53,465 nt of DNA from Nocardioides sp. (lineage in GTDB: Bacteria; Actinomycetota; Actinomycetes; Propionibacteriales; Nocardioidaceae). Shown one piece after another: positions 17,969 through 27,503 of this stretch. The notes under the pieces are model-generated. The model searched no databases. It saw only the letters and a list, made by a program, of their open reading frames with translations, and had not been told where the DNA came from. Every line of letters begins with the position of its first letter. The stretch's first letter is position 1. Location of the stretch: contig DASTUX010000101.1 of the NCBI GenBank assembly GCA_035759395.1, forward strand, positions 1 to 53,465, read 5' to 3'. The position numbers and the translations under genes were made by a program.

Positions 17969-18705
17969 CGCTCCGCCCGGATCGGTCCGGCTCCTGTCGG
18001 CCCGTGGTCGAGCACCCCGGCGATGCGCCAGGCCCGCCGCAGGTTGACCGCGACGGCCAGCACGTAGAACGCGAGTGCCCCGAGGTAGACCCCGGCCACC
18101 AGGTCGGGTGCCAGCAGGAGTGGGCTCAGGCCGAGCGTCGCGATCTCGACCTCCACGGTCCACGGGACCGCGATCATCCCGAGCCGTCGGCACAGCGCGA
18201 CCCAGCTGCGCACCACGGGAGCGGACGGCTGCCACACGTGGTCGGCGCCGCCGGAGCCCAGACCGGCCTGCTCGGCCAGGTGCTTGCGGTGGCCCACCGC
18301 CCAGTTGTAGACGACCAGCACGGTGACCAGGGCCGGCGTCGCGTACGTCGGCAGGGGGCCGTTGTCCTGGAGGTGCCAGCCGAGTGTGGCGAACGCGAGG
18401 GTGACTCCCGTGACGTCCGCGGCCGTGTCGAGGAACGCGCCGCGGGTGCTGCTCGTCCCCTGCAGCCGGGAGACCTTGCCGTCGAGGCAGTCGGTGAAGA
18501 AGCGGGCCACGAACAGGACCCCGCCCAGCCGCAGCCGGCCGACGGCGAAGCAGGCCGCGGCGGCCAGGCCCAGGGTCATCGAGAGCGCGGTGATGCGGTT
18601 CGGAGTCACCCATGCATGGACGGAGATCCGGCGTACGAGCGGGTCGGCCAGGGGGTCGACGGCCAGGCGGGTCCAGATGTCGCGTGGACGCTCGTGGGTG
18701 CTCAT
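17965..18705 (-). CDS. CDP-alcohol phosphatidyltransferase family protein
   Basis: TPNRIT and signature DCLDGKVSR...GAFLDTAAD; ATGA overlaps on both sides. Confidence 0.92.
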   Translation of the reverse strand: MSTHERPRDIWTRLAVDPLADPLVRRISVHAWVTPNRITALSMTLGLAAAACFAVGRLRLGGVLFVARFFTDCLDGKVSRLQGTSSTRGAFLDTAADVTGVTLAFATLGWHLQDNGPLPTYATPALVTVLVVYNWAVGHRKHLAEQAGLGSGGADHVWQPSAPVVRSWVALCRRLGMIAVPWTVEVEIATLGLSPLLLAPDLVAGVYLGALAFYVLAVAVNLRRAWRIAGVLDHGPTGAGPIRAER

Positions 18706-20840
18706 GTCGTGGCCTTGTTTCGCCGCGCAGGCGCGACCGTCGCCCGGCTCCGGAGGAGCCGCAGCCGCAACCAGCCGACACCGGCGAGCAGGCCGAGGGC
18801 GGCCCCGGAGGAGGCCGGGACCTCGACCTGCGCGCGCGACGGCTTGGCCTGCGTGGCGCTGACGATCCGGCTGGGGACCGGGGCCGAACCCAGCAGCTCG
18901 GCCAGCGCGGTGTTGAGCCGGGCCCGGCTCTCCTGCGTGTCGGGGTCGGTGGGATCGAGGCCCTGCAGCTTCTCGGTGAGCTCGCTGACCAGGCTCTCGC
19001 GACGGTTGGCCAGGAACGCGCTGCGCTCCTCGAGGTAGGAGCGGGCGACCGCGTGCACCCCGGACCGGGCGGTGCCGGCCCGGGTGGCGCGCAGCGTGAG
19101 GTTCAGGATCAGCGAGTTGGGTGGTGCGGTGATCGAGACGGACCGTCGCAGCTCGTCCTCCGGGATGCCGGTCTCCCGCGAGGCGCGGTCGATCGACCGC
19201 TCGGAGAGCAGCAGCGCTGCCTCTGTGTCGATGGTGATCGGACGCGCGGTGACGCCCGTGTCGATCGGGTCCGTGGACGGGTCGCGGACGGGGTCGAGGT
19301 AGACCGGGGCCGGCTCGATCAGGATCGAGACCCGGCTGCTGAACCCGGGGCTCGCCTGGACCGAGGGCACGTTCGCGCCGAGGGCCGCGCCCGCCGCACC
19401 CAGCGCGACGAGGATCGGCAGCGCGGTGCGCAGCCCCCGGGCCGGCGACCTGGAGGCTGCGCGCAGCCGGTCGATCGGGGAGGCGACGGCGAGCTGTCGC
19501 TCCCGCGCCGCGAGCCCCACCGCGAGCATCACGATGAACAGCGGCATGCCGAGCGTGTCGTAGATCGGCAGCTGCAGGAGGAAGAACGCCACGACGAAGG
19601 TGCAGATGGTCTCGTTGGTGGTGCGGCAGCGCACCGACCTGGCCAGCGCCATGACCACGAAGATCAGGAAGAAGGCGAGCCCGGGCCAGCCCTGCGAGAA
19701 CAGCACCAGCCAGAGCTGACCCTGCGTTCCCAGCGGGGGCACACCGCAGGCCGGGCAGGTCGGCGTTGCACCGCCCGTGATCGAGTCGAAGTTTCCCTGG
19801 ACGTCGCGGGTGCTGCCGAAGCCGGTGACCGGGGAGCCCTGAGTGACGGACTCCGCCGTCGCGGTCAGGAGCTGGGAGCGACGGTCGTTGCTGTGCTGGT
19901 TGTCCAGCCGCTCCTGGTAGAGCGCACCCAGCGGGCTGGCGAGGAACAGCGTCGCGCCGATGACCGAGGCCGCGACCAGCGCGACGAACCGACCCCGGTG
20001 GCCGCGTGCCAGCTGCAGGATCGTGATCCCGGCCATGCCCAGGGCCAGGGAGCCCCACAGCCCGCGGTTCAGCGAGTAGACGATCGGCAGTGCGGACACG
20101 GCCAGCACTGCGGCCGCGACGATTCGGTGTCTGCGCGAGAGCTTCGGCAGCAACGCGAGGAAGAACACCAGGGTGAGGGACATGCTGCTGCCCCAGGTGT
20201 TCGTGAACGCGAACGGCGCCTTCGGCCTGGCCTCGGCCCGGCCCAGGAACCGCTGGACGTCGGCGGCCTCGGGGTGCACCAGCGACTCCACGAAGGCGTT
20301 GGCCCGGATCCGGACGGGCAGGAGCAGCTCCAGGGCCGAGCGGAACTCGAGGTAGGGCGCGACCAGTCCGAGCAGGCCGCCGGCCGTGGCGACCACGAAC
20401 ATCCAGGCCAGCAGTCGGTGCACGTGGCGGTCGCGCAGGACCGACCGGTCGATGTTCGTGATCCACAGCAGCACCGTCGTGCATGCGAGGTACCAGGCGA
20501 GCCGGTACGCGAAGACGATGATGCGGGCGGACTCGCCGCCGGGTACCGCACGTGGGGCGTCGGCCCACAGCGTGGCGGCGCCCAGGATCACCCAGAGCAG
20601 GAACAGCAGCCACCACCCGAAGCCCTTGGGCGCGCTGACCGACCGACGACGCAGCAGCTGGACGGCCATCGGGACGGCCATGAGCAGGGGCATCAGGGAC
20701 GAGAGCCCGAGCACCCACCACAGCGGGAAGCCGGCGAGCAGGACGGTCAGCGGCCAGTGGCCCGGAAGCCGCCATCGAGCCCGCACGCGAACGACGTCCG
20801 GCGAACCGGGCGCACGCGAGAGCACAGCCGTCTGGGGCAT
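18702..20840 (-). CDS. Wzy/O-antigen ligase-like membrane protein with C-terminal Wzz-like domain
   Basis: About 11 TM with RPKAPFAFTN, SLNRG, GFG motifs; then TM, TIDTEAALLLSE, coiled coil, TM. Confidence 0.75.
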   Translation of the reverse strand: MPQTAVLSRAPGSPDVVRVRARWRLPGHWPLTVLLAGFPLWWVLGLSSLMPLLMAVPMAVQLLRRRSVSAPKGFGWWLLFLLWVILGAATLWADAPRAVPGGESARIIVFAYRLAWYLACTTVLLWITNIDRSVLRDRHVHRLLAWMFVVATAGGLLGLVAPYLEFRSALELLLPVRIRANAFVESLVHPEAADVQRFLGRAEARPKAPFAFTNTWGSSMSLTLVFFLALLPKLSRRHRIVAAAVLAVSALPIVYSLNRGLWGSLALGMAGITILQLARGHRGRFVALVAASVIGATLFLASPLGALYQERLDNQHSNDRRSQLLTATAESVTQGSPVTGFGSTRDVQGNFDSITGGATPTCPACGVPPLGTQGQLWLVLFSQGWPGLAFFLIFVVMALARSVRCRTTNETICTFVVAFFLLQLPIYDTLGMPLFIVMLAVGLAARERQLAVASPIDRLRAASRSPARGLRTALPILVALGAAGAALGANVPSVQASPGFSSRVSILIEPAPVYLDPVRDPSTDPIDTGVTARPITIDTEAALLLSERSIDRASRETGIPEDELRRSVSITAPPNSLILNLTLRATRAGTARSGVHAVARSYLEERSAFLANRRESLVSELTEKLQGLDPTDPDTQESRARLNTALAELLGSAPVPSRIVSATQAKPSRAQVEVPASSGAALGLLAGVGWLRLRLLRSRATVAPARRNKATT

Positions 20841-20994
20841 GGTTCAAGCGAATCGCGGGGCCATCGCGAAACCCTCACCGAATTTGGGGAAGTTCCGGGC
20901 AGCACGGCCGTGCCCCGTTTCCCGCTGCCTACGCTCCGAATCATCGCCCCCTCCCCGGGCTGCCCTCTCGCGTACACACCGAAATAGGCGGACC

Positions 20995-23900
20995 ATGCGC
21001 AAATCTCTGGTGCTCCTCCTGGCCGCGGTCCTGACCTGCGGAGTCTTCGGAGGGGCAGGACGTGCCCTCGCTCTCGACTCCCCGGCGGGCCAGCTGGTGC
21101 GTCAGAACGCGGTCGCGGGCACCCCGCACGTCCTGGACGGGCGTGTCCTCGCCATCGCCCAGGTCGGCGACACCATGCTCCTCGGCGGGACCTTCACCCT
21201 CGCCCGCAACGACGGGAGCACCACCGAGCTCACCCGCTCCCGGCTGCTGGCGTTCAACGCCACGACCGGGCAGATCAGCACCGCGTTCCTGCCGGAGCCC
21301 GACGGCACGGTCCGGGCCATCCTGCCCTCCGGCGACGGCACCTCCGTCTACGTCGGCGGCAACTTCACCACCATCGGCGGGGTGGCGCGCAGCCGCCTCG
21401 CCCGGATCCGCGTGTCGGACGGTGCGGTGCTGAGCACGTTCAACGCGGGCTCGATCACCGGTGAGGTCAGGGACCTCGGCCTGCGCAACGGCCGGCTCTG
21501 GGTGAGCGGTGCCTTCACCCACGTCGGCGGGCGGGCGCAACGGGCGCTGACCACGGTCAACCCGACGACGGGTGCGCCCTCGACGTTCATGGCGCTGCCC
21601 ATCGCGGGCGTCCACAACGGCGGGGTGACCGCGGTCATCAAGTTCGACATCACGCCCGACGGCTCACGCCTGGTCGCCATCGGGAACTTCGACACGCTGT
21701 CCGGGGTCCAGAACCACCAGCTCTTCATGCTCGACCTGACCGGCAGCTTCGCCCAGCCCTCGACCTTCCACACGAACTTCTTCACCTCCGCGTGCTCCTC
21801 CTCGTTCGACACCTACATGCGCGACGTCGACTTCTCCCCGGACGGCAGCTACTTCGTGACGGGTACGACGGGTGCGTACGGCGGCAACACGTCTGCCTGC
21901 GACCAGGTGTCCCGGTTCGAGACAGCCGGGTCGGGCGAGGTCGCGCCGTCCTGGGTCGACTACACCGGCGGTGACACGACCTGGTCGGTCGAGGCCACGG
22001 ACGCGGTCATCTACGTCGGCGGCCACCAGCGGTGGTGGAACAACCCGTTCGCCTCGGACCGGGCCGGCCAGGGCGCCGTCTCGCGCGAGGGCATCGCCGC
22101 CCTCGACCCGATCAACGGACTCCCGCTGACCTGGAACCCGGGCCGGGAGAGGGGGGTCGGCGTCTTCGACTTCCTGTACACCGACCAGGGCCTGTGGGTC
22201 GGCTCGGACACCGACCGGATCAACGACCAGCTCAAGAGCCGGATCGCGCGGATGGCACGCACCGGCGTGACCTTCCCCGCGGTCAGCACGCCGCGCGTGC
22301 CGAACGACGTCTACTCGGGCGGCTCCGTCTCGGGGAGCCCGACCGGGCCCGCCAAGCGCTACCTGACGGACTCGTCCACCGGTGCTTCCCAGGCCGTTCC
22401 CACCGGCGGCATCGACTGGAACGGGGTGCGCGGCGCGTTCATGCTCAACGGCTGGCTCTACCTCGCCCACAGCGACGGGAACTTCACCAAGAGGACGTTC
22501 GACGGGTCGACGTACGGCGCCTCGCAGCCCGTGAACGGGGCCGACCAGATCGTGGTGCTCAGCGACTGGCGCAACGACCTCCGGACCGCGACCGGCATGT
22601 TCTACGACTCCGGACGGATCTACTTCACCCTGCCCAACCAGTCCCAGCTGTACTACCGCTACTTCACTGCCCAGAGCGACATGGTCGGGGCCAAGCGCTT
22701 CGTCGCCTCCGGCAACGTGACCGGCATCGACTTCCGCAACGTGCGGGGCATGTTCGGCACCGGCTCGCGGCTCTACTGGGCGTCCTCGGACGGCAACCTG
22801 CGGCGGATGGACTGGCAGCAGGGCCCGCAGGCCGGCGCACCCGTGCCCGGCACGGCCGTCGTGGCCTCCGGGCCCGCGGTCGGCGGTGTGACCTGGGGGT
22901 CCCGCGCGATCTTCCTGTACCAGGACGCCAACGGAAACGGGATCGGCCAACCGCCCACCGCGTCGTTCACCCAGAGCTGCACCGGGCTGTCGTGCGACTT
23001 CGACGCGTCCGGCTCCTCCGCGCCCGGCGGCACGATCACGTCGTACGCCTGGCAGTTCGGCGACGGAGGGACGGGGAACGGCGTGTCCCCCTCGCACTCC
23101 TACCCGAGCTCGGGCAACTACTCCGTCACCCTCACCGTGACGACGGCAGCAGGGCTGACCGGGTCGACCACCAGGCAGATCAACGTCCAGCGGGTCAACC
23201 AGCCCCCGACCGCGTCGTTCACCGCGTCGTGCCTGGGCCTGGTCTGCTCCTTCAACGGGACCGGCTCCGACGACCCGGACGGCAACGTCGCGTCCTGGGC
23301 CTGGAACTTCGGCGACGGCACCACCGGGACGGGCTCGACGGCGAGCCGTACCTACACGTCCGCCGGACCTCGCACGGTGACCCTGCAGGTCACCGACAAC
23401 GAAGGGGCGACGGGCTCGACCACCCGGCAGGTCAACCCGTCCGCGGTCGCGGTGAACTTCGTCGCTGCCGCGAACGCCAACGCGAACGCCTCGAGCCATC
23501 GCGTCGTCGTGCCGGCGACCGTCCAGGCGGGCGACACGCTCGTGCTGCACATGTCGGTGAACACCGCGACCGTGACCCTGGGTGACCCGGCCGGGTGGAC
23601 GGTGCTCGACTCCCTGACGGCGGGCGGCGTGCAGGGCCGCAGCTGGACCCGGACCGCCACCGCGGCGGACGCGGGCAGCACGGTGACCATCACGACCTCG
23701 GGCCTCGCCAAGGGCGACCTGAGCCTCGGTGCCTACCGGGCCTCGGGCGGGGGATCGACGGCCGTCGTGGCCCACGCCGGCTCCGTCGACCAGGTCACCG
23801 GGACCAACCACACCTCCCCGACGGTCAACGTCGCGACCCCGGGGGCGTGGGTCCTGACCTACTGGGCTGCCAAGGCGTCCGTCGACATCGCATGGGACAT

Positions 23901-24078
23901 CCCGGCGAGCTCCGTCCTGCGCACCTCGGCGCCCGGGGCGGGCGGCGGCCGACTCGCCTCGGTCGGGGTGGACTCCGGTCAGGCCGTCCCGACCGGCTCC
24001 GCCGGCGGTCTCGTCGCGACCACGACGCCCGCCGTCACGCGCACCGTCATGTTCACGACGGTCGTGGGGCTTCAATGA
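20995..24078 (+). CDS. large secreted beta-propeller + 2x PKD domain protein
   Basis: Signal peptide MRKSLVLLLAA; VYVGGNFTTIGG-type blades; two PKD repeats (W[QN]FGDG) 84 aa apart starting at 22951 and 23203. Confidence 0.88.
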   Translation: MRKSLVLLLAAVLTCGVFGGAGRALALDSPAGQLVRQNAVAGTPHVLDGRVLAIAQVGDTMLLGGTFTLARNDGSTTELTRSRLLAFNATTGQISTAFLPEPDGTVRAILPSGDGTSVYVGGNFTTIGGVARSRLARIRVSDGAVLSTFNAGSITGEVRDLGLRNGRLWVSGAFTHVGGRAQRALTTVNPTTGAPSTFMALPIAGVHNGGVTAVIKFDITPDGSRLVAIGNFDTLSGVQNHQLFMLDLTGSFAQPSTFHTNFFTSACSSSFDTYMRDVDFSPDGSYFVTGTTGAYGGNTSACDQVSRFETAGSGEVAPSWVDYTGGDTTWSVEATDAVIYVGGHQRWWNNPFASDRAGQGAVSREGIAALDPINGLPLTWNPGRERGVGVFDFLYTDQGLWVGSDTDRINDQLKSRIARMARTGVTFPAVSTPRVPNDVYSGGSVSGSPTGPAKRYLTDSSTGASQAVPTGGIDWNGVRGAFMLNGWLYLAHSDGNFTKRTFDGSTYGASQPVNGADQIVVLSDWRNDLRTATGMFYDSGRIYFTLPNQSQLYYRYFTAQSDMVGAKRFVASGNVTGIDFRNVRGMFGTGSRLYWASSDGNLRRMDWQQGPQAGAPVPGTAVVASGPAVGGVTWGSRAIFLYQDANGNGIGQPPTASFTQSCTGLSCDFDASGSSAPGGTITSYAWQFGDGGTGNGVSPSHSYPSSGNYSVTLTVTTAAGLTGSTTRQINVQRVNQPPTASFTASCLGLVCSFNGTGSDDPDGNVASWAWNFGDGTTGTGSTASRTYTSAGPRTVTLQVTDNEGATGSTTRQVNPSAVAVNFVAAANANANASSHRVVVPATVQAGDTLVLHMSVNTATVTLGDPAGWTVLDSLTAGGVQGRSWTRTATAADAGSTVTITTSGLAKGDLSLGAYRASGGGSTAVVAHAGSVDQVTGTNHTSPTVNVATPGAWVLTYWAAKASVDIAWDIPASSVLRTSAPGAGGGRLASVGVDSGQAVPTGSAGGLVATTTPAVTRTVMFTTVVGLQ

Positions 24079-24136
24079 CCCAGCCGGCCGATGGCGGCCG
24101 CTGCCGTGCTCGGCACCCGGAACGTGTGTCGGTCCG

Positions 24137-24949
24137 GTGAGCTCCGTGACCTCGCCGTCCAACGTTCCCCACGGGGCGGCCGAGCCAACAGATCCCTCCC
24201 GGACCTCGGAGACGGGCCCGTCGGTGCCTCGGCCACGCACCCCGGCCACTCGCCAGCCTCCCGTGATCCAGGCGGACCGGGGCCGGGTCGTGGTGCTCGC
24301 CGAGCAGAACCTGATCGGTGAAGCAGTCCGGATGGCCTTGCAGAGCAGGGGGTTCCAGGCCCTGAGCCTGCACTGGCCGCGGGCCCCCCGGCAGCTCAAC
24401 GAGACCCGCCGCCGGGTGGCGGTCGCCCTCCCGCAGGCGGGGCTGCTGTACGTCGACCTCGACAACCAAGCGCGGGTCCGTGAGGCCAGGGCACTCGTCC
24501 GTGCAGTGCCGCTCAAGTGGCTGATGCTCGTCGGGGATCCCGAGTCCGCCCACCGCGGCGCCATGGTGTCCGTGGGCGTGCGCGGCATCGCGGACATGTC
24601 GACCAGCCTCGAGGACCTGACCTACACGCTCGTCCAGCTCATCGCCGGCAAGCAGGTCATGCACCCCGTGACGAGGGACCAGCTCGTGCGCGAGTGGCGG
24701 GCCCGCGAGTCGAAGCAGCGCCTCATGTCGGCACGGCTGATGACGCTGACACCTCGCGAGCGGGAGGTCCTCGAGGCGCTCTACGACGGGCTGGCCGTCA
24801 AGACGATCTCGGGCCTCCTGGGCGTGGCGGAGGGCACGGTGCGCACGCAGGTGAAGTCCGTGCTGCGCAAGCTGGGCGTGAACTCCCAGCTGGAGGCCGT
24901 CGCCGCGCTGCGGCAGATCCGCGAGCAGTCCGACCTCGACGAGCCGTAG
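24137..24949 (+). CDS. atypical LuxR/NarL-family response regulator
   Basis: LTPREREVL...EGTVRTQVKSVLRKLGV HTH; receiver-like domain lacks the acidic pocket and conserved Lys; start uncertain. Confidence 0.85.
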   Translation: MSSVTSPSNVPHGAAEPTDPSRTSETGPSVPRPRTPATRQPPVIQADRGRVVVLAEQNLIGEAVRMALQSRGFQALSLHWPRAPRQLNETRRRVAVALPQAGLLYVDLDNQARVREARALVRAVPLKWLMLVGDPESAHRGAMVSVGVRGIADMSTSLEDLTYTLVQLIAGKQVMHPVTRDQLVREWRARESKQRLMSARLMTLTPREREVLEALYDGLAVKTISGLLGVAEGTVRTQVKSVLRKLGVNSQLEAVAALRQIREQSDLDEP

Positions 24950-24988
24950 GTCGATCGGCGGCCCGTCAGCAGGCCGTCAGTGGGCCCG

Positions 24989-26503
24989 TCAGTAGGCACC
25001 GCGGTGGTGGACCACCGCGCCGAACGTCCGGCCGATGATCAGCAGGTCCTGCGTGATCGACCAGTTGTCGACGTAACGCAGGTCCAGGCGGACCGCTTCC
25101 GACCAGGGCAGGTCGGACCGCCCGGACACCTGCCACAGTCCGGTGATGCCGGGCTTCACCGCCAGCCGGCGCCGGGTGTCGGCGTCGTACCTGCTGACCT
25201 CGGCCGGGAGGGCCGGCCGCGGGCCGACCAGGGACATCTGGCCCCGGACGACGTTCCACAGCTGGGGGAGCTCGTCGAGCGAGTAGGTCCGCAGCACGCG
25301 GCCCAGGCGGGTGACCCGGGGATCCGCACGCAGCTTGAAGAGGGGGCCGTCCGCATCGTTGAGGCCCAGCAGGTTTCGCCCCTGGTCCTCGGCGTCCCCG
25401 GTCATGGTGCGGAACTTGAACATCGTGAACCGCTGTCCGTCGCGGCCGACGCGCACCTGGCGGAAGATGGCCGGTCCCGCGGACTCGTGCCGGATGGCCA
25501 GCGAGAGCACGAGGAGCAGCGGGGTGAGCAGCACGAGGGCCAGGGCTGCCAACACCCGCTCGCAGCACTCCTCGACGGTGTGGCGGCCGCCCCGGAGCTG
25601 CGAGGGCCGGATGTGGACGAGGCGCACGGTGCCGGCGTACGACACGGAGGCGTGGGAGTCGGCGACGTCGTACAGGCCCGACGCGACGAACAGCTCGACC
25701 CCGGACTCCGCGAGGCTCCAGCGGAGCCGGCGCAGCGTCGGGGTGTCGAAGTGGGGGCAGGGGAGGACGATCACGGCGCGGGCCGAGCGTTGCTCGGCGA
25801 GCTCGGCGAGGTGGCCGAAGCCGGCGGCCGTCGGTACGCCGAAGTCGTCGTCGTGGGCCTGGTGGGGCAGGCACACCGCGCCGACCTCGAACCTGTCGTG
25901 GGCGGTGCGAGCGAGCTCGGTGAGGGCAGCAGCGACCGCGCCGCGGTGCCCGGCGAGCACCACGCGCAGGGGGCCTGCCTGGTGCTGGCGGCGGCGTCGC
26001 TCGGAGCGACGGGCTCCCACGACCCGGTGCGTGACGGTGGCTGCGGTGGCCGCGGCTGAGAGGAGTGCGGCGTCGGCGGCGGTGGCCGAGCCGACGTCCA
26101 GGAGGAACGACAGCAGCCAGGTGGCGACGAAGAGGTCGATCCCCGCCTGTGCCAGACGGCGCAGGTCGTCGCGGCGGAAGAGGCCGAGCCGGACCTCGTA
26201 GTTGCCCGTGGCCGCGAGCAGCAACAGCCAGGTCGACGCTACGACGACGAAGAGCACCGCGCCGCCGTCGGCGAGGCGGACCGGGCCGACAACCACCGCG
26301 AGGAGGGTCGCGAGGAGGACGGAGAGGAGGTCACCCGTGGCCAGGGCCCAGGCGGCCCTTGGCCCGTCGTCCACCCGCGTCCGTGGGGCCCTCCGGACTG
26401 GCATCGGGACGACACGGGCCCTGCGGTCGCGGAGTGCGACACCGGGCACCGTGCCTCCGGGGTCGGCCAACGGAAGGTAGCTGCCCACAGCCGGTCGCCT
26501 CAC
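24989..26503 (-). CDS. priming polyprenyl-phosphate sugar-1-phosphate transferase (WcaJ/WbaP-like)
   Basis: FRQVRVG, KFRTM, DPRVTRLG...SLDELPQLWNV, MSLVGPRP, KPGITGLWQVSGRS; GTGA overlap. Confidence 0.95.
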   Translation of the reverse strand: MRRPAVGSYLPLADPGGTVPGVALRDRRARVVPMPVRRAPRTRVDDGPRAAWALATGDLLSVLLATLLAVVVGPVRLADGGAVLFVVVASTWLLLLAATGNYEVRLGLFRRDDLRRLAQAGIDLFVATWLLSFLLDVGSATAADAALLSAAATAATVTHRVVGARRSERRRRQHQAGPLRVVLAGHRGAVAAALTELARTAHDRFEVGAVCLPHQAHDDDFGVPTAAGFGHLAELAEQRSARAVIVLPCPHFDTPTLRRLRWSLAESGVELFVASGLYDVADSHASVSYAGTVRLVHIRPSQLRGGRHTVEECCERVLAALALVLLTPLLLVLSLAIRHESAGPAIFRQVRVGRDGQRFTMFKFRTMTGDAEDQGRNLLGLNDADGPLFKLRADPRVTRLGRVLRTYSLDELPQLWNVVRGQMSLVGPRPALPAEVSRYDADTRRRLAVKPGITGLWQVSGRSDLPWSEAVRLDLRYVDNWSITQDLLIIGRTFGAVVHHRGAY

Positions 26504-27003
26504 GTCGTGCTGATCAGGGCGTCGATGATCGTCGCCAGTCGCCTGGAGACGTCGACGCCCTGGGGGGTCGCTGTCGGGGTGCTCCGGGCGGCACCGAGCG
26601 CCAGGTCGACCGCGGCCCGGAGCTCGTCACGGGTCGAGGCGGACGCCACCAGGCCGGCCTGGGACATCCGCGCGGTGAACAGCTGCTGGTGGTTGTCCAC
26701 GTGCTCGCCGAGCTGGGGGTCCCTGGGCACGACGATGGGACGGTGGCCGGCATTGCGTGCGTCCATGATCATCCCGGGCCCGCCGTGGCTCACTACGGCG
26801 TCGGCGCTGTGCAGCAGGTCGTTCAGGATCCCCCACGGGAGGATCCGGGCCCCGCGCAGCGTCCCCGGCAGCGCGGTGGAGCCGTGCTGGACGAACCAGT
26901 CGGCGCCGTCGATCTCGGCCAGCTCCACGGCCCACCGGGTCAGGCGGTCGAACGGGTGGTGGTCGGTGCCCAGCAGGACGACGATCAGCGGAGTGCGGCT
27001 CAT
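26500..27003 (-). CDS. pssE: GT28 C-terminal / PssE (CpsG, Alg13-like) glycosyltransferase subunit
   Basis: LGTDHHPFDRL, VSHGGPG, VPR...GEHVDNHQ. Confidence 0.88.
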   Translation of the reverse strand: MSRTPLIVVLLGTDHHPFDRLTRWAVELAEIDGADWFVQHGSTALPGTLRGARILPWGILNDLLHSADAVVSHGGPGMIMDARNAGHRPIVVPRDPQLGEHVDNHQQLFTARMSQAGLVASASTRDELRAAVDLALGAARSTPTATPQGVDVSRRLATIIDALISTT

Positions 27004-27452
27004 CACCAGACCCCGCCGAGCAGGACCGAGGACCGGTAGAGGCGCTGCTGCTCCGGCCACTGGACCAGGAACAGGTCGGTCGCCGGCCGGCACAGGCGAC
27101 CGGTCAGGGTCGAGGTGTCGATCCGGTCGAAGACCTCGAGGTAGACCGAGGTGGCGCCGAACTGCCGGTGGAGCCAGATGAACGGCACGGCGACGCCCGC
27201 ACCGGTGGTGACCACGACGTCGGGACGGACCCTCGACAGGGTGCTCCAGGCGAGGGCGGTGTTGCGGGCGAGGTTCTTGACGTTGCGGGTCGTGGGGTGA
27301 TGGGCCCAGGTGACGTCCTCACCGGCCAGCTTGCTGATGGCGTCCTCGGTGTCGAAGGTGACCCAGTGACGCTCGTGCTCGCTCCACCACGGTCGCAGGC
27401 ACATCAGTTGTGCAAGGTGGCCCCCCGACGAGCAGACCAGCAAAAGCTTCAT
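27003..27452 (-). CDS. pssD: PssD (CpsF, Alg14-like) glycosyltransferase subunit
   Basis: CSSGGHLAQL, PDVVVTTGAGVAVP, FLVQW. Confidence 0.9.
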   Translation of the reverse strand: MKLLLVCSSGGHLAQLMCLRPWWSEHERHWVTFDTEDAISKLAGEDVTWAHHPTTRNVKNLARNTALAWSTLSRVRPDVVVTTGAGVAVPFIWLHRQFGATSVYLEVFDRIDTSTLTGRLCRPATDLFLVQWPEQQRLYRSSVLLGGVW

Positions 27453-27503
27453 GGACGACCCTTTCGCCCCCCCGGGTGAATGGCCTCGCGGCCTTCTTCA
27501 AAA

